A stretch of DNA of 64,000 bases from Candidatus Omnitrophota bacterium (GTDB lineage Bacteria; Omnitrophota; Gorgyraeia; Gygaellales; Profunditerraquicolaceae): NCBI GenBank assembly GCA_029571225.1, contig JAKPTF010000035.1:81925-145924 (forward strand), written 5' to 3'. Positions within the stretch are counted from its first letter, which is position 1, and each line of letters starts with the position of its first letter. The translations under genes and the position numbers were made by a program. This document shows positions 1 through 13,300 of this stretch, piece by piece. A model generated the notes under the pieces. It saw only the letters and a program-made list of their open reading frames with translations, searched no databases and was not told the DNA's origin.

Positions 1-1
1 T

Positions 2-1381
2 TTCGCAAATAAGGCGCTCAATAGCCGCAAAGACTCCGCTGATATATTTGACATCGAGGGTACCGGTCTTTTGAACCCAATAGCGCATGGAATCCGTATA
101 AACGCTCCTGAAATTCAACAGACGTTCGACGACAAGTCGGTCCGTATCGTCGGTAATGAACGCGTGCTCGCGGAGTTTTGCTTTCGGAATCGAAACGGCA
201 TCGTTCAAGGCAACCTCTTCGGGAATCGAATCCGCGTGGTCCCTGAACAACTGGCGCAGTTTTGACCGGTATAACGAACGCATGCTATAATCCCTGAAGT
301 ACGCTTCATACATCTTATCAATGGTATATTCTGGTCCGCGGCGCAGCACCCAATTCAACGGGCGCAGGTCCATGCCGGGCAGATGGCGGGCAATGACGTC
401 TTTGACCACTGCCCTCCTGCGGGCGATCTGGGCCCACGCGTCGATGTACGCTTTGTCGAATCTGGCCATGAACGTGGCGCCGGCGGCGTCATTCGCGAAT
501 ACAGGGAGTAACGCGAGCACGTTGAATTCTGACACGCCCTGGCGCGTATCTTCCTGCTCCCAGACGAAATTCTCGAACACAAAGAAGCGGAATTCAACGT
601 CGAAATCGGCGATATTGGCGATCTCGTCCCCGACCACATATATGTATTTGTTGCGCAGGCCATGGTCGTTGCATCCAAGGATATGCTCGAGCACGAGATG
701 AGGCGTCAGCTTGGATATGAGCTGCAAGAGCATCTCGCAATTGTTCTGCCGGATCCACATGGATACGACGCCGTTGGCCGGCGTGCCACGGAACACCGCT
801 TCCACGAGCACATCAGGGCCCGCGGGATTGCGGAACGCGTATGCCCCTTCCTGGATATCGACGCCGAGCAGAACATGCTGCAGCTCAACCCAGATCGCTT
901 CATACGCGACATCGTATCCGGGCTTATCGGCCTGGCTTTTCAGAATACACTCGGTCATCGTTCCGTTATCAAACCTGATAAGGAGTTTGTAAACATTCCT
1001 GCCGATGCTTGCGTCCTTAAGGTCGACGATCCTGTAATTGCCCTCATAGCGGCAATTCTGCCTGACCCACGCGTCAACGGCCTTGTCCCATCCCAGCTCG
1101 GCCATGCGCTCCTTGAACAACTCCAGCTGGATGGCTTTGATGTACGCAGGGGCATCATTAATGATCGACCGGTACGCCTGTTTGACGGCGCTGGAGATGT
1201 CCGGGTGTTTCTCGACAAAATACATCCTCGCCAGCGCGGTCGGGCCGACCACCTTTGACGGATTGAACAACGGCCCCGTCAGCTCGTCGAGCGTTATATC
1301 CGACCTGCCGATGTCTTTCCTGATCGCGTCGTTCAACAGGCCGAGCTTCTCCTGATAGTACTGCTGCAGGATATCCCTTCT
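2..1381 (-). other. Module: protein-kinase-like / aminoglycoside-phosphotransferase-like fold (runs off the left edge)
   Basis: Translation near 600-680 reads LGCNDHGLRNKYIYVVGDEIANIADFDVEF. This is a D-x4-N catalytic-loop-like motif followed about 15 aa later by DFD (a DFG-like metal site), the spacing typical of kinase-like phosphotransferases. The rest is unrecognised. Confidence 0.35.
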
Positions 1382-4300
1382 TCCTCCGTCGCGCAGGTCA
1401 CGCGTCCGCTCTATGCGGATCAATCCGGCAGACCGTGCCTCCAACGTTATGGAAATATCGGTACGGTTGTCCATTCCCGCGAGGAATGAAACATCGCCGA
1501 CGACCGCCTCCCGGGCCAAGGTTATTTGCCCGGGGCCTAGCAGGGCCGTAAGGCTTTCGACGTTAAAATTCGCTGCCCGGTCTTCATCGAGAAGGTTAAG
1601 GGCGCCGATGACGATATGTTCTTCGTCAAACCGTGCGACTGCGACGATATCGCTGTCCGGGCCTGACAGCGGCATATACCAGCCGCGTTTCAGAACCGGA
1701 TAACGGTCACGAATTGAGAAAAGTGTTCTGCCTGCCGCCTGATCGACAGTAGCCGTTTTATCGATAGACGGAGCCGGCGCAGTCTGCCCCATATCTGTCT
1801 TGAACATATGGTCTTTGCCGTATACCTGGCCGTTGAATATCAGGGAGTAGCCCGGCAGGACAAGATACAGGAAATAAAGCAGCGCTTTGCTTCTCTGATC
1901 AAGCAACGCCCAGGGATCGCGAAAATCGAATGCATCGTGCTCCGGGCCTATGCTGACGAGATTCTGCTGAAATCCTGTTGGCATGGCGTCGAGTTCGGTA
2001 AGATAGCCGTTCAATACCGATTGCTTGGTGCGATCGGACAGGGCTTCGGCGGCGTAATTCCTCGGCTTCCAGTTGTAAACGCCCGTATAGCGAAAATCGG
2101 CAAGTTCAAGAAGCTCCGGATGACGTTCGAACCCTTCGAACAGGATGAATGCATCCGGATAGGCCCTGCGGATCGCATGGATGAAATCATGGGTCAGATT
2201 GCTTTCGACCTGGATGCCCCAGTTTTCCTTGACCTTGTCAGGCAGCGTTGACAGTGCGGCATCAATGCGGAAACCGTCAAACCCTTTTCCCATCCAGAAC
2301 ATGCCGATATTGACCGCTTCTTCCCGCACCTCGATGCTTGACAGGTCAGGCTGCGCGAGACTGCCCCACCGCCGCGGGAAGCACCTGAGGGGAACCTCGT
2401 CGGTCGCCGACACGACAAACAGGGCGTTACCCGAGGTGACGATATATTCTCTGCTGCCGCGATAACCGATGGACTCGCGCAGGCTTTTCTGCGCCGGGAT
2501 ATAATCGACTCTGTCATTGCTGATCATGACCGATCCTGCTTCCGGATACGTGCCTGCTGTTATTGTGTCGCGGAATTTTTTCCCAAGCTCTACCTTTCTC
2601 AAGAGCGATTCCGCATCGATCTCCCCTCCCTGGACGAGCGTCGTTTTTTCCTCGGTAAAGAAGTTTCCGTCCGTTGCGTTGGTAAACAGGAACCGCTGGG
2701 GATGGTCCCTGGTCAGAGAGGCTGATTTTGCGACGTGCTGGTTTGCCAGCCAGTCGATGATGACCCTGATGCCAAGACTATGCGCCTCATTGATGAAATC
2801 CCGCAGGTCGTCTTCATCCCCGGCGCGCTCGTCAATGAGGTATGGATCGAGGATCTCAAACGGGCTGCCGGTATGTTTCATGACGCCGAGCAAATAAATA
2901 TACGCGATGCCGCTGTCAGCCAGATACTGCAGTTCAGCCCGGGCCTTTCGAAGCCCGGATACATTGTTTCGCGCGTCGCAATAATCCCGCACTGCCATTT
3001 CATAAACGATCCTGCTTGACGTATCTGCCAGAGCCCACGGCAGGGATGTTTTATCCGGGAATAATAAGACGAGCCCGCGCAGCGTTTCTGCGACGCTCCA
3101 TGCCTGGGCTGAACAGCCCCGTTCATTCCAGCTTCCGGCAACGATGTCGCAGTCTCCGTCCAATATCTCCGGCAGCGACCGCAGCGCGTTCATATCGATC
3201 AGGCGGGAAAGCTGCGTGAAGTAATGCTGTTCCGCGAGCAGTTGGACGGTGCTGTCAATGCCGTACACGCGGACGCACGCTTCGATGAACACGCCGGACA
3301 GCCACGGCCATATGGTCCCCTGGTGATATGAATATTCATCCGTATGATACGCCTTGTACTGCGCGTCCTGTGCCGCGAGCGTACGCAATCCGTACGGGGT
3401 AAACAGCTCTTTATTAACCGTGTCCACGATGGTCTGCGCGCGTTCCGCGTCAAACAGCCCTGCCGCCACGGCAAACAGCTGGTTCGGCCGCACCTGGCAG
3501 CCCTGCTGCCGATCGCCGTCAAGCGTATCGAACAGGCAGCGAGCCTCTTCATTCCAGAACGCATCGAAGTTTGACCTGACCTTGCCGGCAAGATTGCGGT
3601 ATCTTTCCGCCTGTGCGCTTTTTCCCTCTTTGCCGTACATATCCGCCATCACGTTGAGGGCATTGAACCAGAGGGCATTGATATCCACTGCCTTGCCGTA
3701 GCGGCTCGTCACCGGGGTCCCGTTACGCTGTGCGTCCATCCACGTGAGCTGGGTGCTGCGGTCGCCGGCGCACAAAAGGTTGTCGCGAGGATCCATTTTC
3801 ACGCTGATCGTGCGCAGGTATGATACGGCGCCTTCGTTGTCTTGCCAGACATGCGGACGCGTAATACCCTGTTCATATGCCTGCATGATCTCCTCGGCCA
3901 AAGATCTCACGGATGCCGCCTCTCCGGCTGCCGAAGACCTTTCGATCATTTCGTTGAGGAACGCGTAATCTCCGGTCGCCTCCAGATACTTCCCAAGCGC
4001 CCACATGAACAGGAGGCTTGCGTCGACGCAATTATATTGCGGATTTTTCCCGTCCCCGACCAGGTTCGGCATCAGCCCATGATCGACATAGCGCAGATAC
4101 GTCCGCAGGACTGCCTTGAAGAGCGCAGTCCGGCCAGTGCATAAACAAAGACCGGGCAACGAGATCATCGCGTCCCTGGTCCAGTTATATAGCCATGCGT
4201 TTTGGCGCTGGTCGAAATGCGGCGATCCGGCGATAACGGTCCATCCGGAAAGCTTCTTATCATAATAGAGGAAATGGCCGGCTGCGCTCTGAAGTTGTTC

Positions 4301-7300
4301 GATAAGCCCGGCATAACGCAGCTGGCGGTCCTGAGCCTGCGCCGGAGACACCAGACACATGGTCCCGGTCTCCTGCGCGACGATCCTGACTGGTTTTGCG
4401 ATCTTCCAGACGCCTGAAGTGATCTCAAGATTGCCCTGGAACGGCAACGGCAGGTCTGCGGGGATCAGCGTGTAATATTCGGCTTTATTGGGCCCTGCGC
4501 GTTTGACCTTGAGCGGCAGGCGCACGCCGTACTCGTTCACGAGGTCTGCCCGTATCGATTCAAAAGAAACCGGGCCTGTTCTCTTTGTTTCGAAGTTAAT
4601 GTGATCAAGCGCCTCAAGGTGCACCATAACCGAAAATTCCAGATTCTCCCGAAGTTCCTGCACCTTGCCCTTGATATGGAACGTGTCTCCTTCACGCTCG
4701 AGGATCCGTTCACCGTCTTCAAGATATGATGTTATTGCCATCTTGTCGATATCGTAAATCTCGCCCGGGACGCGCGGCAGGGCTTTCCTGCCGGGACGCT
4801 GGAGGAATGCATTGCTCCACAGTGTCAAATATGCCGCCGCTGTCAGCGAGGCTTCGAGGACCCTGCTGAACCTAACGGACTGGGCCTGGTATATTCCGAG
4901 CGAACCGTTTTTGAACTCGTCATGCGCCCAGAAGATGGCATCGAGGTACGACTGCGGATCGACCGATGCCGGAATGAGCGTGTTTCCGGTCTGTCGGCGG
5001 CGATTGATCGCGATGCCCTGATGTTGGATGATCCCTTCCCAGAACGGCGCCCCCATTTGTAATCCCGCGTTGGCTGAGACATCTGCTTCGGTGTACTCCG
5101 CAGCTCCGGTGTACCGATCCGAGTCCTGGACCTGGATGTCGGATGCAGCAAGGAGCTGACGCTGCTCGTCAATATTGAACTTTGCCTTGAAAATGAACCT
5201 TCCCGCATAGCGCATGCGCTCAATCCGGTCCCTGAGCTGCTGAAGCTCCACGCCGATGCGCTGGCTCGCCTCGTACGGCTGGATATTCCCGTAGATCACG
5301 ACCTGGATACCGGCTTTGACCATGCGTTCGATATTGCTGTCCGTAAATGCCCGGTCCCGGCCGGCTTTTTCAGGCACGAGCCTGCCAGAATAGGAAACGA
5401 CCATTTGCTGAGGATTCAGCCCGATATTCTTTTTGGCCGCCTGCTTGGCCTTTGCGACCTGTTCCGGCGTCACATGCTCGTAATCGGATACTCCGATCCG
5501 GTCTAATTCTTTCCTGAAAAATTCCGCCGAATATACCCGGTTGTCACCGTTGGTCACGCCGACCAGGTCGGTGCCGGGATCGCGCGCGTTCATCTCATAT
5601 GCGTGGATGGCGCTGACCGCCTTGGTCACGTCCGCGCTCCTCAGGCCGGCGCTTGTCATATCCCACAGGTTGTCGCCATTCAATTCCTTGCGCAGGAAAA
5701 GCCACAGCCATTCATCAGGCACCCCTGCGGCGCGCAGGAACTGCAGGCCGTACCCTTTGATGTCTCCGCCGATAAAAACGCGGTTGCGGTACGTGTGCGT
5801 TGTTGCGCTGAAAATCGCTTCGTCCAATATCCGGTATGCATTGTCGATCTCGCGGCTGTCCGTGCCCTCCGTCATGATCCTGGATTTCTCACCGTAGAAA
5901 ATGCGGCGCCACGCCGCCAGCGGCAACGCCTGCCCGTCGTTGATATCGACGAGAGGCGCCTTATACGCGCTGCCCAGTTCTTCGAGCTGTTTTACCTCAA
6001 GGAACCTGATCAGTTCAAGGGCTGCCTTCGTGAAGAATTCGGTGAATTCAAAGCTCGACGCAGGAGCATCGGACGTATTATATTCATAAAGGATATTGAC
6101 ATAATAGCCCTTGATATCTTTGATCATATATGTCCTGATCCCCAGCTCATTGACCGCTTCGTACACATGGAACGCCACCGGGCTTCCGCCGACAAAAGTA
6201 TTGAAGACCTGCTTCATCCTGCGGATATTTGAAACAGGCACCGGCAACTTGCTGTAATCGAGTGTTACCACGCGGCCGAGCTTATCCCGTGTTTTCATGT
6301 AGTACGGTTCGACGTACAGGATCTTCGCGCCGAGACGCGCCATGGCGGTGGAATGGTATTGTTCGACCCGGCCCAAACCGCCAGCCAATAATGATATCTC
6401 CGCAGCCACGACATAAATGCTCCTTCCGCTCAACTGGGGCGCCCATTTTTCAAGCCAGTTTGCGCTCCCTCGGTCGAAATCAAGCATAAGGATGATCGCG
6501 TTGATGAGCGAAGAGCGCATCCACTGGCTGCGCGTCAGCAGCCAGTCAACGAGCTTCTGCTGGTCTTCTGCAATCATCTGCGCTATGGCCTGAAGGACGG
6601 GATACATCGACTCAATCGGGTATTGCGACCACTGATCGAGGACGGATGCGTAGGCATCGACGGCGGCGAACAATGCCTGTCTTCCCTCGGACATGGACCG
6701 CTCGATATCGCGGCGGATATATTCGAAATCATGCGCCCAGACCGCAATAACCCTGGGTTCTGCGTTCAAATATACGGTACTGTCAAACTCGAGGCTGAAA
6801 TTATTGTCTTCTGCCCTGATCAGGCCACGACGGCGCAGCCCTTCGAGGCGCTGCAGTATCCTGGCGCGATCGGCTGCCAGGCCATGATCGGCGAATACCG
6901 ACGCTGCTGGATCTATGATAGCGCTGACTGAAAGCGCTGTTTCGCATGAATCAGCCATGCTCAAAATCGCCTGCGCGGTGATGTACGACTCAAGCCATTC
7001 AGGGTCGTTCCATCCGCGCTGGTTGTCAAAGAGGTTCGGGAACGCGAGTGGGATTCGGTATGAAGGCCCCCTGCCGCCGTCGCGCAAGGCCAGGTCTCCT
7101 GTTGCCCCGGAATAATATATCCGGATCGGTGCCTGATACCGCAGGCAGAACTGCAGCTGGAAGGCGCTGACAAAGATCACGCTTTGTCCGATACGAATGA
7201 TCTCGTCTTCCATCTTATAACGCCGGGCCCTGCGCAACTCAGGCTCACCGCAGGCCCTGCCTCCAGAGCACGTCGATACCCGATAGTAAAGTTCTCTGCC

Positions 7301-10300
7301 GGAAAGGAAGTCCGCCGCGCTCTTTTCTACCACGACGCGGCCGTCGTAGAATTTTAATTCGTGTTGTTTATTCTCGTTCTGTGCGCCGCCGTCGTTTTTG
7401 GATGGGAAGAACTTTTGGTAATACTTCTCATTATCCGTCAAAGCAAACTTGAAAAGGTTCTCTGCGGCTCGTAACGACGCCTCCCAACTGTTGTCTGAAA
7501 AGACGGCATTACGCACCAGTTGCCGCCATCCCAGATCAACTGTCCGTTTGCTCCAAATAGAATATAATTTGTCGAAGGCAATTATACTATTGGCTATCGT
7601 CTGATGGAAATTGCCCTCGTCTATCGGGAAACGTACGCCATTCGCTCCGGCTTCATCTTCAGTGATGTTAATAGTCCGGGAGAATTCGGGGACATGGAGA
7701 GTTTTGACTGTGGATTTATGGCCCTGCTTGTCAGAAACAAGACATGGGGAACCGAAAGCGAGCGCTTTCATGGGAGAAATTCCGCCGGGCTCCCAAAGAG
7801 AAAAAGCAATAAACAAATCCCCGCACAAAAACGTGCGGGATTTGATCCTCTCTGGATCTCGATCCGGTAAATAATCATTGTAAAACCCAACCCTGCCCGG
7901 AAATTCAAAAGCCAGACGAATTAACTGATCGGTCCAATATTTATCTCCCGGCGCATTAAAAACAAACGCCACATCGGGATAAAGCCCGCTGTGAATTATG
8001 TTGCGGACGAAAGAAACAACAAAATGGATACCTTTCTGTTCAGCTGCCCGGGATAACAACACAATAACAAACGTGCCATCATGAATAAAATTCGAGCGCC
8101 CATCAGATGCAAACCAGTATGGATGGAAATTGGCGACAACGTTCTTGGCGACACTGCGTTCATGGTAGACAGCATCCACAAGACGCTGTTCATCGGCATT
8201 ATTTTTGACATCCAGGCATGAAAGGCCGAACCACTCCTCCTGCAACTTTTTTAATGATACTCCGTTCGTTATGGCAAAAAGCTTCTTTTGCGCCATTTTT
8301 TCTCTAAAGATATGCATTAATCCTTCCCCGCCCCCTTTATCGTCAGACGCAAGATAATCCGCCATCTGCCCGGGGCTGACGGCGACGACATAATGAGCAT
8401 GCCTGATGAAGGCAGCCATCAGGTTGATATAATTATCGCGGTGAGGATCAATGAACCAGCCGTAATCTTCCGCGGGTAACCCTATGTTGCTTAAAAGATC
8501 CACGCCGTCCTGGAATCGCTCGACCTTGAATTGATAGTCCTGGCCGTTGTTATGCACCCAGCCGATCGTTCGTGTGTATAAGAAATGCGGATCCTGCTTA
8601 TACAAGGAACGCATTGAGTTCAAATGAGCCATAAGCGGCGCGCACATCCAGTCATTGCCGATGACAATAGACGGATACACGTTCATAACTTTCATGGCTT
8701 CCAGGGCACCGAAAGAAAGGAAAATCGCGCGCAACATCTCGTGCTCTTTGGTCACGCGGGACACGGCAGAATTGCTCTCGATCCGGTACTGACCGTATAA
8801 TGAATCGGCGAAATACGGATTGTCCAGGAGAAGATGTTCGACCCCGTTAATCCGGGTTCTCGCAAGACCAGACGAGAACATGCCATGCCTGCCCACATAC
8901 ACCTTGAGCGGCTTGCCGGTATATTTGACGTTAAAGTGCGCAATGGTAGAATGTTTCAGGTCCGCAACAGAAAAGTTATTCTTTTCAATATATTTGTATA
9001 ATGGGCTGACAATATAAACTTTCAGGCCGGACTTTACAAGAACCTCGGCTAATTCTCCCACAACGCTCGCCATGCCACCCGCGGCAGATACCGGTTTAGC
9101 CTCGGGCGATACGAATACTATCGACCCAATATCAATCCAACGTAATATTTGTGCCGCGATATCGGTGATTCGGTTTGTGCCGGTATTTCTCTTTGCTTTC
9201 TCAAGCAGCATCCGTATTCTGTTCTGAAGACCGGGATGCTTTTTCTGCATCTCATGCAGCAGCAGGGTCAGGTCGCCGGTAATAATCCCGGATTCACCGA
9301 TGAACGCAGCCAATTGGCTGAACCGTTTCAAGAACTGGCGCGGTTTGCCGGCAATCAGCGGTTCTTCCAGCCACATGAAGGCAAAGTTCGATGCGATCCT
9401 GACCGCCAAATCTTCTTCGGTGTAACGCGCCAGTGCGTCGCGCAACGCGGTTGTTTGAATGTCGATGCCTTTTTCGTCGCGCACTTCCCTGACGGTAAGG
9501 ATTGCCGCTTGGTAGGAGCCGACCGTATGTTCAAGCGTCAATGAGCGCAGTTCGCAGCCGGTAAAAACCTGCGTCGAATTGCTCTGAAGATCCACGACTC
9601 GATAAAATTTCCTGATTGACTCATGTACGCCGATAGCATCCCACAGCGGCGCAAGATCAACCGTCACCCGCGTTGTTTCCCAGCTTGTATTGACCAGGAA
9701 TATGAGATTTTCCTTGCTGTCATAGCGGGCAATAACGAATACTTTATCTGATGCATCGAATATCCAGTTGTTCCCGCGGCTGAGGACCGGATGTTCCTTA
9801 TAGAACGCCAGCGCGCGGCGGTAAAAATCCTGAACGGTTTCACCCGTTAACTGTTCGAACTCAAGTTGCGCGTAATAACGCTGCCTGTCGGCTTCTTCAT
9901 AATCGTGTTTCGTGTAATTATCGATGCGGATGCGGTGGACTTCTCCGATTTCCTGTCGGTTGTACACCATAAGCGCTCCGCGCGTTGCGGCAAGCCAGGC
10001 CCAGACGGCAGCACTGAGTTTCGTTGGGCCGAAACTCTGCCATCTGTCCATAGCGCGGAAATAGTCGTGCGTTTCCAGCGCCGTCACGACCTGGCTGCCT
10101 TCCGGCAATTGTCCCAGCAGCCATCGGAAATGGCTGTCAAGGACGCTCTTGGGAGCTTTGCCCAGCAGCACATGCTCCAGGTCGTCATGCGTGCCCGAAT
10201 CCATGGGCATGACGCCTGATTTGATAAGCTGGATGTATTTGCCGTAGTTCTCGCCGATAAAGATGAATTCAGGATATTGCGTTGATATGCGCGAAACAAG

Positions 10301-13300
10301 ATGCACCAGGTATGGATTGGGCTGATTCTCATCCCAGGCATTGACGATCCGGTATCCGCCGCGCTCATTCCTCTCCCACGACGTTATATGGCCGAACAAT
10401 TTCTGCTTGCTTCTGAGGCCCGGTTCGACCGGCAGCATTGACCCGAAGTTATGGGCTACATCAATCCTGACCCCGGCAATCCCCAGAGCGGCAAGCCGCT
10501 CTGTCAGGTTGATGATACTTTCCATGACGCGGGAATCGCGGAAGTTCAGCATAACCGAATCATGCCATTCCACCGGCAACCCGTTCTCGTGGTTGATCGC
10601 GCCGTCGGTGGCGAGGCGGCGCACGATTCTGCCGTCGCCCCGCGCTTTTACGATCGCCCATTCCGGAAGATCAGCGAAGTTCTGGTTGACGTGCGGGATC
10701 AGGTCGACAAGTATCCTGATATCCTGTGCTTCCGCCTCTTTGATCAGGCGTTTCAGCCCTTCTTCTCCACCCAGTTCCTTGCTGACAGCCCATTTGAGCG
10801 GTGAGAATAGCGAGGCATCGGGCCCGACCTGACCTTTGATGTTCTCGGGCCTGTCAAGCTGGTAGATACCCATCAGATACACGTGGGTAAACCCGCTTTC
10901 TTTCAAATACGGCAGCATGTCTATGGCTGTCTGGAACGTGCCGGAGAGAGCTCTGCCCGTGTGGTCATATCTGACCTTTCCGCTTTCGTCATACACACCC
11001 ATATACTGCGGCCAGAGCTGGTACATGCGGCTGCCGCGGATATCCGGCTGGACGATCAGCGTCTGGTTGGCTGAAGAATCTTCGACATATCCCCATTTCC
11101 TTTCTTCTGCCAGTTTGGTTTGCAGGGATATGTGGACCATGCCTTTGCGGGCAACCAGCTTGTTCGCGCTGTGGGCAATACGCAGAATCACTGACCTGTC
11201 GGACAGCGGCTCTACGACCAGGTTACGGTATTGGCGGTTGCCGCCGCCGGACTGAGCGATGACAAGCCTGGCTTTCATGCCTGCCAGTTGCTCCTTGTCG
11301 GAGAACGGATTGAATCCGACAGTCATACGAATTTCCCCGGGTACGATAACGCTTCCCGGCGATACGATCCGCGTCACATTCGCAGCGGGGAATTCCAACG
11401 GCCTGCCGGACCGGACGTTGTTCAGGAGTGCCGCTGCACGTCGCTGTACAACAGCGCTGGGATGGCCCAATAAGGCGGTTAATAAACGCAATAGCTCATG
11501 GCTGATGCTGTCATCGGCAAGACGCACCCTTATCTTTTCCATCGTCTTGACGACCTTATCCGGGTCGTCCGAATCCAGGGCGTACACATAGCCGTACAAT
11601 TCCGGATGCGCGGCGTACAAGGAGAGCTCATCGGTAATGTACTGTATTTCCTGGTCGTCAAAGATAATATCCACACGAAGGCCATTACCGAAATATGAAA
11701 TCGTTTTTCTGCTGTCGGTCAAATAATCGACAAAATAATCGGGTGCGATCCTGACAAGGGCTTTGCCTGGAGGGAACGAATATACCAAAATGGCGTGTTC
11801 GTCTTCGAAATATATTTCATCTAATGTATCGGTGATATTCGGGACGCCGGCGTTGAGCGCAATTCCATCCAGCGTCCTGCGTACTGCCTGCTGGCGATCC
11901 ACGTTTCCTTCCAATACTAAGGGCAGGATCCCGGTCAGAAGCCCTTGCTGCGCAAGTTCCTGCCAGGATCTGAGGAATGAGGCTTTGCCGCCGTCCTTCG
12001 GAGGACCGGTTGTCTTATTGACAAGCCGATCCCTTGTATTTTTTACGATATAATCGCCTTTTGTCTTTCTGTTGGCACGTTTCGCAGTTTGTTTAACACC
12101 GTTCGCACCATTAACCGCTTGCCCTCCATTGCCGTTTTTCCCGTTGGACAGGATGAATGTTCTCCATGAAACCGCGATTGCGCCTCTTGCCTTAAACACA
12201 TCGAATACATCGACAAGGTAAGGATCTACGGAATAGAACTCGCTCTTGTCCGCCGTCCTGGAGCGAGAGAAGCGGGCTTTAGCAGCTTTTTCAAGGATCA
12301 CATTCCGCAGCGCGGAAGGGCTCATGATAACAGGCGCCTTGCGCTTAGGTGCAGGCATCACTTTCTGCATGAACGCCCTGACGTCAGGATTAAGGCAGTA
12401 ACGAGAAAATTTTCTTTCCAATACCCGTTTGCCGTTCACCACCAGGGTATCGCTCAAAACTTTTAACAAGCCTTTGCCTTCCTCCTGAATTATTTTGTAC
12501 CCCTCAGTGCTTTTTGCTTTTATGGCCGATGCAATAATGGGGTTTTTGAAATCGCGTGCCAGGATCCCCAGGAATTCGAGCTCCCTGGAAGTGCATGCGT
12601 TCCAGAGTATCCCGTATGTGACGATGTCGTTTTCAGACGTCAATTCGGTCAACGCCCGAGTAACAGGATCGAAGAAGTAGATCTTACCAGGTTTATAAGC
12701 AATGCCGCATATGTCATTTCCAGCGATATAAACCGTTACTTCATCAGCGCGATGATCACGCAGCCTCGCTTCCAGATACAGCCCTGACCTGAGCATGCTC
12801 CATTGAGGCAATTTATAGTAAGTTTTTATTTTGTACACGCCAAGGGCTGAATACCGGGCAAGATTCTCCAGGTCCTTCTGGAAAAAGTCTACGGGATTAT
12901 CATTCACGTCGTAAATCATGTTAAAGTTCCGGGATGCCACGACAGCGCCCTGCTTGTCGTAAACCCTGGCTTGAGACCAAACCAGATCGCCAGTGGCCCC
13001 TTGCTCAATATCTATCTCAGCTTTATAACCCGCGTATGTATGGAACACGCTCTGGATGACCCTATTGTTGAATTCAAGATTGCCTGTCCTCGTTACGCGC
13101 AGATTGCCGACAGTAAATCGGTCCGGCCACTGGCGCATCGAGTTATCTCCTAATTTCCAGAAGGTATCGATCGTCGTCCCGTCCGCGGACAAAACATACT
13201 TAAATTCCAGCCGTTCCTGGGACGATAAAACAAGCACTTCACGGACAAGCTTATCTTTAACGATAATTTCAATTTCTTCGGCGCCATACCGTTGGAATCC